Below are positions 30,770 through 39,420 of a DNA stretch of 64,000 bases, in pieces. Within the stretch, counting starts at the first letter, position 1, and every line of letters starts with the position of its first letter. The position numbers and the translations under genes were made by a program. Below the pieces are notes generated by a model. The model saw only the letters and a program-made list of their open reading frames with translations, was not told the DNA's origin and did not search any database. Source of the DNA: an uncultured Bacilli bacterium. GTDB taxonomy: Bacteria; Bacillota_I; Bacilli_A; RF39; UBA660. The stretch is taken from contig CALVSW010000005.1 in the NCBI GenBank assembly GCA_944359625.1, positions 10,339-74,338 on the forward strand. Direction: 5' to 3'.

Positions 30770-31458
30770 AAGTATACGGTCGAAATGTTATTAATGAGTT
30801 ATTAAATAGTCCTGATAAGATAAAAAAAGTATATATTAGTTCAACTATAAAAGATAAGAATATTTTAATGCATATTAAAGATAAAAAAGTAAAATATGAA
30901 TTAGTAAATAATAAAATTTTAGATAGTATGGTAAAAGGAAATCACCAGGGAATAGTAGCCGTAGTAGATGATTATAAATATGTAGATTATAAAACGATGA
31001 TTGGTGATGATATAATTGTTATTTTAGATCATTTAGAAGATCCTCATAATTTTGGCGCTATTATAAGGACTTGTGAAGCAGCGGGAATTAAATCAATTAT
31101 AATTCCTAAAGATCGAAGTGTAAATATTACTGATACGGTTGTTAAAACTTCAACTGGGGCTTTAGAATATGTAAATGTTGCTGTTGTAACTAATTTAGTA
31201 AATGTTATTAAAGATTTAAAAAATAATGGCTATTTTGTCTATGGAGCTGAAGCAGATGGTACTCCAAGTATAGATTGTAATTATAATAATTTATCAGTTT
31301 TAGTTATAGGAAGCGAAGGTAACGGGCTTTCAAGACTTGTTAGAGAAAATTGTGATGAAATTATATCTTTACCAATGAAAGGACATGTTAATAGTTTAAA
31401 TGCCTCTGTTGCTGCAGGTATTTTAATTTATGACATGATAAGAAAGAATGTTAAATAA
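30766..31458 (+). CDS. rlmB: 23S rRNA Gm2251 methyltransferase (TrmH family)
   Basis: HQG, DPHNFGAIIRT, GSEG.G, SLNASVAA. Confidence 0.93.
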   Translation: MKVYGRNVINELLNSPDKIKKVYISSTIKDKNILMHIKDKKVKYELVNNKILDSMVKGNHQGIVAVVDDYKYVDYKTMIGDDIIVILDHLEDPHNFGAIIRTCEAAGIKSIIIPKDRSVNITDTVVKTSTGALEYVNVAVVTNLVNVIKDLKNNGYFVYGAEADGTPSIDCNYNNLSVLVIGSEGNGLSRLVRENCDEIISLPMKGHVNSLNASVAAGILIYDMIRKNVK

Positions 31459-32074
31459 TTATAATGATTTTAATGATTCTGAACTTTGTATGTTAATAAA
31501 AGAAAATAATGAAGATGCTAAAGATATTATGTATGCTAAATATAATTATATAATTACTTCTATTATAAAAAAATATTTAAGTATTATAAAAAAATTAAAT
31601 TTAGATTATCATGATGTTTATCAAGAAGCAATGTTTGGTTTCTTAGATGCTATTGATAAATATGATGAAAATAAAGATGCATCTTTAAAAACTTTTATAT
31701 CATTATGTGTAACAAGAAGAATTAATGCTGCTATTATTAAAGCTAGTCGCTTAAAAAGAAAAGCAGAACAAGAAGCATTATCAATAGATTATATATATGA
31801 TGATTCTAATTTATCTTTACAAGAGTTAATTAGTGATAATAATAAAAATAATCCATTAGAACAAATGACTAAGATTGAAGAGATAAATTATAAAATAAAT
31901 TTAATTAAAGAAGTGTTAAGTCCTAAAGAAGAAGAAGTATTTAATTTACTATTAAATGATTTAGATTATAAACAAATTGCTATTATTTTAAATACTACGC
32001 CTAAATCTATAGATAATGCTATTCAAAGAATAAAAGCTAAAGTAAGAAAAGTTATTTATAAAGAAGAAAATTAG
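31448..32074 (+). CDS. sigH: RNA polymerase sigma factor SigH
   Basis: QEAMFG..AI..YD..K.AS.KTF..LC, LS..E..V, Y..IA..L....KSIDNAIQRIK; conserved position between rlmB and secE. Confidence 0.8.
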   Translation: MLNNYNDFNDSELCMLIKENNEDAKDIMYAKYNYIITSIIKKYLSIIKKLNLDYHDVYQEAMFGFLDAIDKYDENKDASLKTFISLCVTRRINAAIIKASRLKRKAEQEALSIDYIYDDSNLSLQELISDNNKNNPLEQMTKIEEINYKINLIKEVLSPKEEEVFNLLLNDLDYKQIAIILNTTPKSIDNAIQRIKAKVRKVIYKEEN

Positions 32075-32159
32075 TTGCTTTTTTGATAAACATAGTGTAT
32101 ATTTTAGATAGACATGTAAAGGTCTTTTTATTTTAATTTTAATATTTGAGGTGTATTAA

Positions 32160-32360
32160 ATGAAAAAGAATAATAAAAAAAATAAAAACAAAAATTCATT
32201 TTTAAAATCAGTAATTTCTGAATTAAAATTAGTAACTTGGGCAGAACCTAAAAATATTATTAAATATTCTCTAGCTACAATAGTATTTTGTTTAATATTA
32301 TCTGGATATTTTGCTATTTTAAATTTAGCATTGTCATTTATAAAGGAGATGTTTCTATAA
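32160..32360 (+). CDS. secE: Preprotein translocase subunit SecE
   Basis: SELKLVTW plus one TM; upstream of nusG. Confidence 0.9.
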   Translation: MKKNNKKNKNKNSFLKSVISELKLVTWAEPKNIIKYSLATIVFCLILSGYFAILNLALSFIKEMFL

Positions 32361-32893
32361 TGGAAAAGTTATGGTATGTAGTTAATACTTATAGCGGACA
32401 TGAATATAAAGTAAAAGAAAAATTAGAATCTAAAATTGAATCAATGGGTTTACAAAATAATATTTTTAGAATCGTAATTCCAGAAACTACTGAAGTAGAA
32501 GTAAAAGATGGGGAAAAGAAAGAAAAGAGAAAGAAAATGTTTCCTGGTTACATTTTAGTAGAAATGGATATGTCTGATGAATCTTGGTATATTGTTCGTA
32601 ATACTCCAGGAGTTACAGGATTTATTGGTTCATCTGGTAAAGGTGCCAAACCAACTCCACTACTTCCACAAGAAATTGATAAAATTCTAGCTAATATGGG
32701 TATGAGTAGAGTTGATATTAAATCAGAAATGGCTGTTGGGGATATGGTTAATATTGTTGATGGACCATTTAAAGGTATGTCTGGTAAAGTAGATTCTATT
32801 GATATTGAAAATAATCGTTTAAATGTCTTAATAGATTTATTTGGTCAAGAAACACCTGTTGAAGTTGAACTATTTCAAGTTAATAAAGCTTAG
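32360..32893 (+). CDS. nusG: Transcription termination/antitermination factor NusG
   Basis: WYVVNTYSGHE.KVK, FPGYILVEM, VRNTPGVTGF, KOW domain; real start ATG 32360 after AAGGAG. Confidence 0.97.
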   Translation: MEKLWYVVNTYSGHEYKVKEKLESKIESMGLQNNIFRIVIPETTEVEVKDGEKKEKRKKMFPGYILVEMDMSDESWYIVRNTPGVTGFIGSSGKGAKPTPLLPQEIDKILANMGMSRVDIKSEMAVGDMVNIVDGPFKGMSGKVDSIDIENNRLNVLIDLFGQETPVEVELFQVNKA

Positions 32894-32989
32894 TTTTATA
32901 CTAAGTTTTTTTATGTCAAATTATTTAGTTATTATTTTATGTTTTATCTTACTATGTTAAAATAATTATTATAGGGATGTAATATTAAT

Positions 32990-33913
32990 ATGAAGAAATT
33001 TTTAAAGAATAACTATTTAGTAATTATTATTTTTATAATATGTATATTTTTAGGTTATTTTTACCTTTTTGGTGAATTTAAATCTACTTATTTAAATAGT
33101 GATGATATTAATAATGCTTTTGAAATGATGTGTCAAAGTGATGAAATGAAGACATCTAAAGAATGTCAAGATTATTTTATAAATGGACCTTATGAAGATG
33201 CCGAAAGAGATGTTTTATTTATTTTTTATTATCTTCTTGATTCTTCTCCTTTACGTATTTTAAGTTTTACAATGTCCTTTTTAATTTCATTAGTATCTTT
33301 AAAAAAAATAAGTACAATATTTAATAACGGTCAAACTAAATTATATCTAACACGTGAAAAATATTCTGTTTTTATTAAGAAAACGTTATTAAATTCTTTA
33401 AAATATATATTTTTATTTCCCATAATTTTTATTATTCTTTATCTTGGTTGTTTATGGTTAGGAAAAGGTAATTTTGATGTTAGCTACTTAATTGATAGCT
33501 CTGCTTCAATGATACCTTATCAGTATGCTAGTTTAGGACCTTGGTTTATTGTTTTATTTACTTATAGTTTAATTATTAACGTAATTATTTATATATTATT
33601 GGGTTTAATTTCTTTAAGAATAGTTAATAATTATTACGTTAGTATTATTATTTCTTATATTTTATTTTTAGTAATGGCTATATCAGGAGAAATCTTTGGA
33701 GAATTAATTTTTTATGAATGCTTTAATATAGATATTCATAACTATTTGAATTTTATAGGTATTTTTGAATTTTCTGATATACCAAACTATTATTTATATA
33801 CTGGTATTAGAATATTAATTATATTTATATTAACGGGTATTATATATCTATTATATAGAAATAAAGAAAAATTAATAAATTATACTGAAAAAAAGTGGGA
33901 GATTTTAAAATGA
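32990..33913 (+). CDS. Putative ABC transporter permease
   Basis: Six TM segments; overlaps the ATPase gene; extremely AT-rich. Confidence 0.65.
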   Translation: MKKFLKNNYLVIIIFIICIFLGYFYLFGEFKSTYLNSDDINNAFEMMCQSDEMKTSKECQDYFINGPYEDAERDVLFIFYYLLDSSPLRILSFTMSFLISLVSLKKISTIFNNGQTKLYLTREKYSVFIKKTLLNSLKYIFLFPIIFIILYLGCLWLGKGNFDVSYLIDSSASMIPYQYASLGPWFIVLFTYSLIINVIIYILLGLISLRIVNNYYVSIIISYILFLVMAISGEIFGELIFYECFNIDIHNYLNFIGIFEFSDIPNYYLYTGIRILIIFILTGIIYLLYRNKEKLINYTEKKWEILK

Positions 33914-34557
33914 TATTGAAAATAAATGGATTAGTTAAAAATTTTAAAAATGAATCAGTTCTTAATGATATAAATTACGAATTTGTATCAGGAAATATTT
34001 ATGGGATTTTAGGTCGAAATGGTTCAGGTAAAAGTGTTTTGTTAAAAATTATTTCCGGACTTTATAAACAAGATCAAGGAAAAGTTTTATTTGATGAAAT
34101 AAATTATAATGATAGTAATGATTTTCCTAAAGATGTAGGTATATCTATTGAAGATCCTAGTTTTTTAAATGATTTAACTGGTTTTGATAATTTAGAATTA
34201 CTCGCTTCTATTCAAAATAAAATAGGTAAAGATGATATAAATAAAATTTTGGATATTGTAAATTTAACAGAAGAAAAGGATAAGAAATATAAAAAATATT
34301 CTTTAGGAATGAAACAAAAATTATCTCTAGCTCAAGCATTTATGGAAAATCCTAAAGTAATTTTATTAGATGAACCATTTAATGGTATTGATCGAATATC
34401 TGTTGATAAAATTAAAAATTATTTAATAAATTTAAAAAAGAAAGATGTTTTAATAATTATTACTACACATATTAAAGATGATATAGCAGGATTATGCGAT
34501 GTTCTTTTAGAATTAGAAGATGGAAAGATAAAAAATTATGAAGGTAGTAAAGAATAG
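33910..34557 (+). CDS. ABC transporter ATP-binding protein
   Basis: GRNGSGKS, YSLGMKQKL, LDEPFNGID, TH. Confidence 0.93.
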   Translation: MILKINGLVKNFKNESVLNDINYEFVSGNIYGILGRNGSGKSVLLKIISGLYKQDQGKVLFDEINYNDSNDFPKDVGISIEDPSFLNDLTGFDNLELLASIQNKIGKDDINKILDIVNLTEEKDKKYKKYSLGMKQKLSLAQAFMENPKVILLDEPFNGIDRISVDKIKNYLINLKKKDVLIIITTHIKDDIAGLCDVLLELEDGKIKNYEGSKE

Positions 34558-35908
34558 CATAAAATATTTTTTTAAAACCGATTGGTCTAAATGGATTATT
34601 GTTTTTATCTTTTTAATATCATTATTAAGTTTAGGAGCATATCGTGATATAGTTGATTTATTTACTGCTTTATTACGTAGTTATTCTGATAATTCTTTTA
34701 TTGCATTTATATTTTTAATTTTGGCGGTAAATACTTTATATTTATATAAAACACTTTTTTATAGTAATAATTATTTAATCAGAACCAATAATCGATTTAA
34801 ATATTTAAAATATACGTTATTGACAAATTTAATTATAAGTTTTATTTATTATTTAATATCATTTTTATTTGTTTTACTTTTTGCTCTTTTTAAAATAAAG
34901 GGTGGTATTGATTTAAATATTATCTTTAATTATGGTATACTAGGATTTCTTTATTTTTTATATCATTATTTCAAAGTATTTATTATTTTATTTGTAATTC
35001 TTAACATTTCTAGATATATATTATTAACATTTAAAAGTCTTACATATGTTGCATTTATCTTTATCTTAATTTTATTTATTATTAACTTTAATTTTCCAAT
35101 CAGTTTAGATCCAAATGCTATTTATAAATTTAATATATTATTTCCGTATTATTTTTTTCCTTTAAATTTTAATAGTTTAAAAGTTGATGCTACATATTTA
35201 TTAGGAGAACTATGTATTTTATATTCATTTAATATTATTTTAAAAAATTATTATTTATATATTAAAAAAGTTAAGTTTAAATTATTAAATCTAAAATTTT
35301 TGAAATTAGAATACTATAATTTTATTAAAGATAATATAAAGTATTTTATATTGTTCTTTATTATCGAAGCTTTTATGATTTTAACATATTCATTTTTAAC
35401 TCCTAATAATAATGTTATGTATTTTTCTTTAAATTTAATTAAAGCTCAAAATGATATATTTATTATTCTTAATAAATTATTTAGTATTTTGTTTATAATT
35501 TTTATTATTATTTTAAATTTGAAATATATTTATGGTTATGGTAAAGCTTATTTGATACTGAGAACAGATAATAAAAAAGTATTATTTTTTGTTATCTTAT
35601 CTATTATTTTAAATATACTTTTTATCAATTTATTTTTGCTTTTTATAGGAATTATTATTTCTTTTATCAGAGGGTTGAATATTAGTTTCAATTTTAATAC
35701 TTTTGTTAATATATTATTTCTAGAAATATATATCGGTTTATTAATTAATTTTATTTTCTATAATAAATATCGAATATTATGTTTCTTTAGTTTAATATTT
35801 ATTATTTTATTTATAATATCGTTTAAATTACAATTAATTAACATTTTATTATTTGCAATTATATTGTTATTAAGTATAAAATTATTGAAAATTCAAGATA
35901 TGGAGTAA
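34538..35908 (+). CDS. Putative ABC transporter permease (possible double-permease fusion)
   Basis: About 12 TM in two halves, each with YLIRT/YLILRT; very AT-rich. Confidence 0.6.
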   Translation: MKVVKNSIKYFFKTDWSKWIIVFIFLISLLSLGAYRDIVDLFTALLRSYSDNSFIAFIFLILAVNTLYLYKTLFYSNNYLIRTNNRFKYLKYTLLTNLIISFIYYLISFLFVLLFALFKIKGGIDLNIIFNYGILGFLYFLYHYFKVFIILFVILNISRYILLTFKSLTYVAFIFILILFIINFNFPISLDPNAIYKFNILFPYYFFPLNFNSLKVDATYLLGELCILYSFNIILKNYYLYIKKVKFKLLNLKFLKLEYYNFIKDNIKYFILFFIIEAFMILTYSFLTPNNNVMYFSLNLIKAQNDIFIILNKLFSILFIIFIIILNLKYIYGYGKAYLILRTDNKKVLFFVILSIILNILFINLFLLFIGIIISFIRGLNISFNFNTFVNILFLEIYIGLLINFIFYNKYRILCFFSLIFIILFIISFKLQLINILLFAIILLLSIKLLKIQDME

Positions 35909-35980
35909 TTGTATTTTTAACTTGCAATTACTCTGTTTTTATGGTAGTATCTAGGTGCAATTAATTTTTGGTTGCATTAA

Positions 35981-36020
35981 GTGGGAGGGAAATGCGGAAT
36001 GCCCTATACCACTTACACGG
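35981..36020 (+). promoter_or_regulatory. rplK leader, L1-binding-type hairpin
   Basis: GTGG-GA-GGG...CCC-TATA-CCAC followed by CACGG, as seen upstream of rplK in Firmicutes. Confidence 0.7.
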
Positions 36021-36048
36021 TAAAATATTTTTATAGGAGGTGTTTTTC

Positions 36049-36642
36049 GTGGCTAAAGAAGTCGTAAAGAAAATTAAATTACAAATTCCAGCCGGCAAAG
36101 CAACACCAGCTCCTCCAGTAGGAACTGCACTTGGACCAGCAGGAATAAATTTACAAGATTTTTGTTCAAAATTTAATGATGCTTCTAAGGATAAGATGGG
36201 CGATATTGTTCCATGTGAAGTTACAGTTTATGATGATAGATCATTTGATTTCATCTTAAAAACTCCACCAACTCCTTTCTTAATTAAGAAGGTTGCTAAG
36301 ATTCAAAAAGGAAGCCAAAAGGGTGCAAATCAAGTTGTTGCAACTCTTACTAAGGATGAACTAAGATCAATAGCTGAAATGAAACTACCTGATTTAAATG
36401 CTTATGATATTGAATCTGCTATGACAATAGTAGAAGGTACTGCAAGAAATATGGGTGTTGCAATTAAAGGCGTTAATGATGCTGAATTAGCAACTCAAGG
36501 TGCCGAAGCTGCTAAAGAAGAAGCAGAAGCTAAGAAGCGTGAAGCTGAATTAGAAGAAATGACTGAATCTGCTAAGGATGCTAAATTAGGCGAAGTTGAA
36601 GTTATATCAGATAAAGATAAAGACGAAACTGAAGAAAATTAA
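36049..36642 (+). CDS. rplK: 50S ribosomal protein L11 with acidic C-terminal extension
   Basis: KLQIPAGKATPAPPVGTALG...GTARNMG; GTG start after AGGAGG; 197 aa. Confidence 0.96.
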   Translation: MAKEVVKKIKLQIPAGKATPAPPVGTALGPAGINLQDFCSKFNDASKDKMGDIVPCEVTVYDDRSFDFILKTPPTPFLIKKVAKIQKGSQKGANQVVATLTKDELRSIAEMKLPDLNAYDIESAMTIVEGTARNMGVAIKGVNDAELATQGAEAAKEEAEAKKREAELEEMTESAKDAKLGEVEVISDKDKDETEEN

Positions 36643-36690
36643 TTTTATATACATTCCGCTAATAAACCACGATTAGAAAGGAAGTTAAAG

Positions 36691-37386
36691 ATGAAAAAAG
36701 GTAAGAAGTATGTGGAAGCTTCTAAATTAGTTGATAGTTCTAAACTTTATTCTAAAGAAGAAGCTATTAAGTTAGTTAAAGAAACTGCTATTGCTAAATT
36801 TGATAGTACAATAGAAGTTGCTATTAAACTAAACTTAGATACTAAAAAGGCTGACCAACAATTAAGAGGTTCACTTGTATTACCTAATGGTACTGGCAAA
36901 ACTAAAAAAGTTTTAGTAATTGCTAAGGGTGAAGCTGCTAACCTTGCTCGTGAAGCTGGCGCTGATTATGTTGGCGATAATGACATGATTGATAAAATTC
37001 AAAAAGAAAATTGGTTTGATTTTGATGTTATCGTTGCAACTCCAGATATGATGGCAAGTTTAGGTAAAATTGGTCGTGTTTTAGGCCCTAAGGGATTAAT
37101 GCCTAATCCTAAGACTGGTACAGTAACTGCAACTCCTGATAAAGCTGTTAGTGATATTAAAAAAGGTATGGTTACATATAAAACTGATTCATATGGTAAC
37201 GTACATACTGTAATCGGTAAGGCTTCATTTAGTGATGATAAATTATTAGAAAATTTAGTTTATGTTTTTAATACAATTGTTAAGGTAAAACCTACTTCTG
37301 TAAAGGGAAACTATATTGAAAATATTTCAGTATCATCTACAATGGGACCTGGAGTTAAAGTTGATAAAAACTCATTTGAAAAATAA
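36691..37386 (+). CDS. rplA: 50S ribosomal protein L1
   Basis: [32 protein letters not shown]. Confidence 0.97.
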   Translation: MKKGKKYVEASKLVDSSKLYSKEEAIKLVKETAIAKFDSTIEVAIKLNLDTKKADQQLRGSLVLPNGTGKTKKVLVIAKGEAANLAREAGADYVGDNDMIDKIQKENWFDFDVIVATPDMMASLGKIGRVLGPKGLMPNPKTGTVTATPDKAVSDIKKGMVTYKTDSYGNVHTVIGKASFSDDKLLENLVYVFNTIVKVKPTSVKGNYIENISVSSTMGPGVKVDKNSFEK

Positions 37387-37410
37387 TTAATTTAGTTAAA
37401 AAAGCAATTA

Positions 37411-37505
37411 CCAAAGACAGTAAGTGTAAAAGTAAATCTTACCGAGGGAAAACTTGATTTAAGTATTCTTTACTTGATTAAGACTCCCTTTTGGGAGCTT
37501 TTTTA
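37411..37505 (+). promoter_or_regulatory. L10 leader with attenuator-like hairpin
   Basis: CCAAAGACAGTAAG...CTTACCGAGGG core, then ctccc-tttt-gggag plus T run upstream of rplJ. Confidence 0.8.
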
Positions 37506-37532
37506 TAAATATAATAGAGGGAGATAATTTCT

Positions 37533-38027
37533 ATGGCAAGTAAAAAAATTCTTGAAGCTAAGACAAAAACTGTTGAAGAGATTACTTCTAAGATTAAAGA
37601 TTCTGAATCTGTAATTTTATTTACTTATCAAGGATTAACAGTTTCTGAATTAAGTAGCTTAAGAAGAACATTAAAAGATGCTAATGGTGAATTAAAAGTT
37701 TATAAAAACACATTAGTAAAGCGTGCTCTTGATGGTCTAGGAATTAAACTTGATGAAGAATTTCTTCAAGGGCCAAATGCAATTGTATTTGGAAAAGAAT
37801 TATTAGAACCAATTAAAGCAATTAGCAAGTTTGCTAAAGAACATGATAATGCGACTATTAGAGTCGGAATTATAAGTGGCGATGTTGCTTCTCTTGATGT
37901 TATTAATGAATATGCTAATATTCCATCACGTGAAAGCTTGTTGACACAACTTGCTGGTGGTATGATTCAATATGTTAGAGATTTATCAATTGCATTGAAT
38001 TTATACTCAGAAAAATTAGAAAAATAA
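37533..38027 (+). CDS. rplJ: 50S ribosomal protein L10
   Basis: YQGLTV, KVYKNTLVKRA, L.GPNA, IPSRE.LL. Confidence 0.96.
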   Translation: MASKKILEAKTKTVEEITSKIKDSESVILFTYQGLTVSELSSLRRTLKDANGELKVYKNTLVKRALDGLGIKLDEEFLQGPNAIVFGKELLEPIKAISKFAKEHDNATIRVGIISGDVASLDVINEYANIPSRESLLTQLAGGMIQYVRDLSIALNLYSEKLEK

Positions 38028-38049
38028 GTATAGGAAAGGAATTTTAAAA

Positions 38050-38421
38050 ATGGCTAAATTTACAAAAGAAACATTTATTGAAGGTTTAAAGGAAATGACT
38101 ATTCTTGAAGTTAAAGAATTAGTTGATGCAATGAAAGAAGAATTTGGAGTTGATCCAAGTGCTGTTGCAGTAGCAGCTGCTCCAGCAGCTGCAGCAGAAG
38201 CTGTAGTTTCTAATAAGAATGTAGTTCTTAAAAATGCTGGCGCTACTAAAATTGCTGTAATTAAGATTATTAAAGAAGTTTGTGGCTTAGGTCTAGTTGA
38301 AGCAAAAGCTTTAGCTGATAATGGTGGAAATATTAAAGAAAACGTTTCTCCAGAAGAAGCTGAAAAGATTAAAGCTCAATTAGAAGAAGCTGGTGCTGAA
38401 GTTGAATTAGTAGATTGCTAA
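38050..38421 (+). CDS. rplL: 50S ribosomal protein L7/L12
   Basis: MKEEFGV, Ala-rich hinge, KIAVIK, GLGLVEAK, LEEAGAEVEL. Confidence 0.97.
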   Translation: MAKFTKETFIEGLKEMTILEVKELVDAMKEEFGVDPSAVAVAAAPAAAAEAVVSNKNVVLKNAGATKIAVIKIIKEVCGLGLVEAKALADNGGNIKENVSPEEAEKIKAQLEEAGAEVELVDC

Positions 38422-38439
38422 TTTAATCTTTATGTAATT

Positions 38440-38475
38440 AAACTGTGGATAACTCTAAAGTTATCCACAGTTTTT
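38440..38475 (+). terminator. rplL terminator whose stem is two inverted perfect DnaA boxes
   Basis: aaacTGTGGATAAc-tctaaa-gTTATCCACAgttt-tt. Confidence 0.8.
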
Positions 38476-38528
38476 AGTTGTTATTGATTAAAAAAAATAC
38501 TTATTATATAATTGACTTGAGGTGTAAC

Positions 38529-38942
38529 ATGAAATTAGATAATAAAGGTTGGGGGTTATCTACTTTATTGATTTGCTTTTGTATTATTTTATTTTTTTTA
38601 ATTATAAGTGTTTATTATGCACATACTTTTTCAACCAAAATTGATAATGAACAAAATGAATCGGAAGAATTAAATAATAATTATTACAAAGAATTAGAAA
38701 GTAATATTAATTTTATTGTAAATGATTATATAAATAGTGGAAAAATAGTTGTTAATAATGGCTCAACAACATTACTAGGATTAAGTGAATTAAAACAACT
38801 AGGATTTATTGAAAATATTATTGATGAGGTAACCAAAAATGAATGTAGTGGTTATGTAATAATTAAAAATATAAATAATGTTATGGATATTAATTCTTAT
38901 TTAAAATGTGATAATTATATAACGGAGGGATATAATGGATAG
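38529..38942 (+). CDS. Degenerate prepilin-like membrane-anchored protein
   Basis: MKLDNKG|WGLSTLL plus TM; LSELKQLGFI...CSGYV...YLKCDNYIT; GAGGTG RBS. Confidence 0.6.
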   Translation: MKLDNKGWGLSTLLICFCIILFFLIISVYYAHTFSTKIDNEQNESEELNNNYYKELESNINFIVNDYINSGKIVVNNGSTTLLGLSELKQLGFIENIIDEVTKNECSGYVIIKNINNVMDINSYLKCDNYITEGYNG

Positions 38943-39300
38943 TTTAAAAAAGATGAAAAAGATATCTGTTATCTGGGGAATTGTAATGATATTGATTTTT
39001 GGATTATTAACATTTGTAGCTTTAAATTGGAAAAAATCTGATAGAGAATATAAAAAGTTAGAGGAATTATTAGTAAGTAAAGTGACTTCTTATTATGAAT
39101 CAAAGTATTCTTACCCAACTGGTATGGAAGTAGTAACCATATCATTGTCTGAGTTAAAAGAAAATAATATTTTAGATGAACTTAAGTATAACGATGATGT
39201 ATGTGATGGCTATGTTAAAGTGTCATTTGATGGTGTTATTAATTATAAGGGATATATAAAGTGCAATAATTATGTTACTAAAGGCTACATTGAAGCTTGA
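38935..39300 (+). CDS. Membrane-anchored paralog of the upstream pilin-like protein
   Basis: N-terminal TM; LSELKENNIL...CDGYV...YIKCNNYVTKGY. Confidence 0.6.
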   Translation: MDSLKKMKKISVIWGIVMILIFGLLTFVALNWKKSDREYKKLEELLVSKVTSYYESKYSYPTGMEVVTISLSELKENNILDELKYNDDVCDGYVKVSFDGVINYKGYIKCNNYVTKGYIEA

Positions 39301-39325
39301 CAATCCATTTTCTTAATGATATATT
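39297..39325 (+). promoter_or_regulatory. SigA promoter of the str operon
   Basis: TTGACA-17 bp-TATATT with extended TG. Confidence 0.7.
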
Positions 39326-39340
39326 ATTTTTGAATTTTAT

Positions 39341-39406
39341 GGGCAGTTCTATCTATGGTAGAACTGAACTTAAATTATAATTTGATACACCAGGATGTGT
39401 GTATAT
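39341..39406 (+). promoter_or_regulatory. Structured rpsL leader
   Basis: cagttcta/tagaactg hairpin, then atacac-caggatgt-gtgtat hairpin just before the RBS. Confidence 0.55.
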
Positions 39407-39420
39407 GGAAGGAGGAAAAA

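Noticed and set aside
33346-33361. parS-like TCTAACACGTGAAAAA
   Set aside because: Three mismatches to TGTTNCACGTGAAACA and not palindromic
13554-39420. Apparent N-terminal extensions of S18, NusG and S12 in the ORF track
   Set aside because: Artefacts of longest-ORF calling; strong RBSs precede the downstream ATGs at 13623, 32360 and 39421
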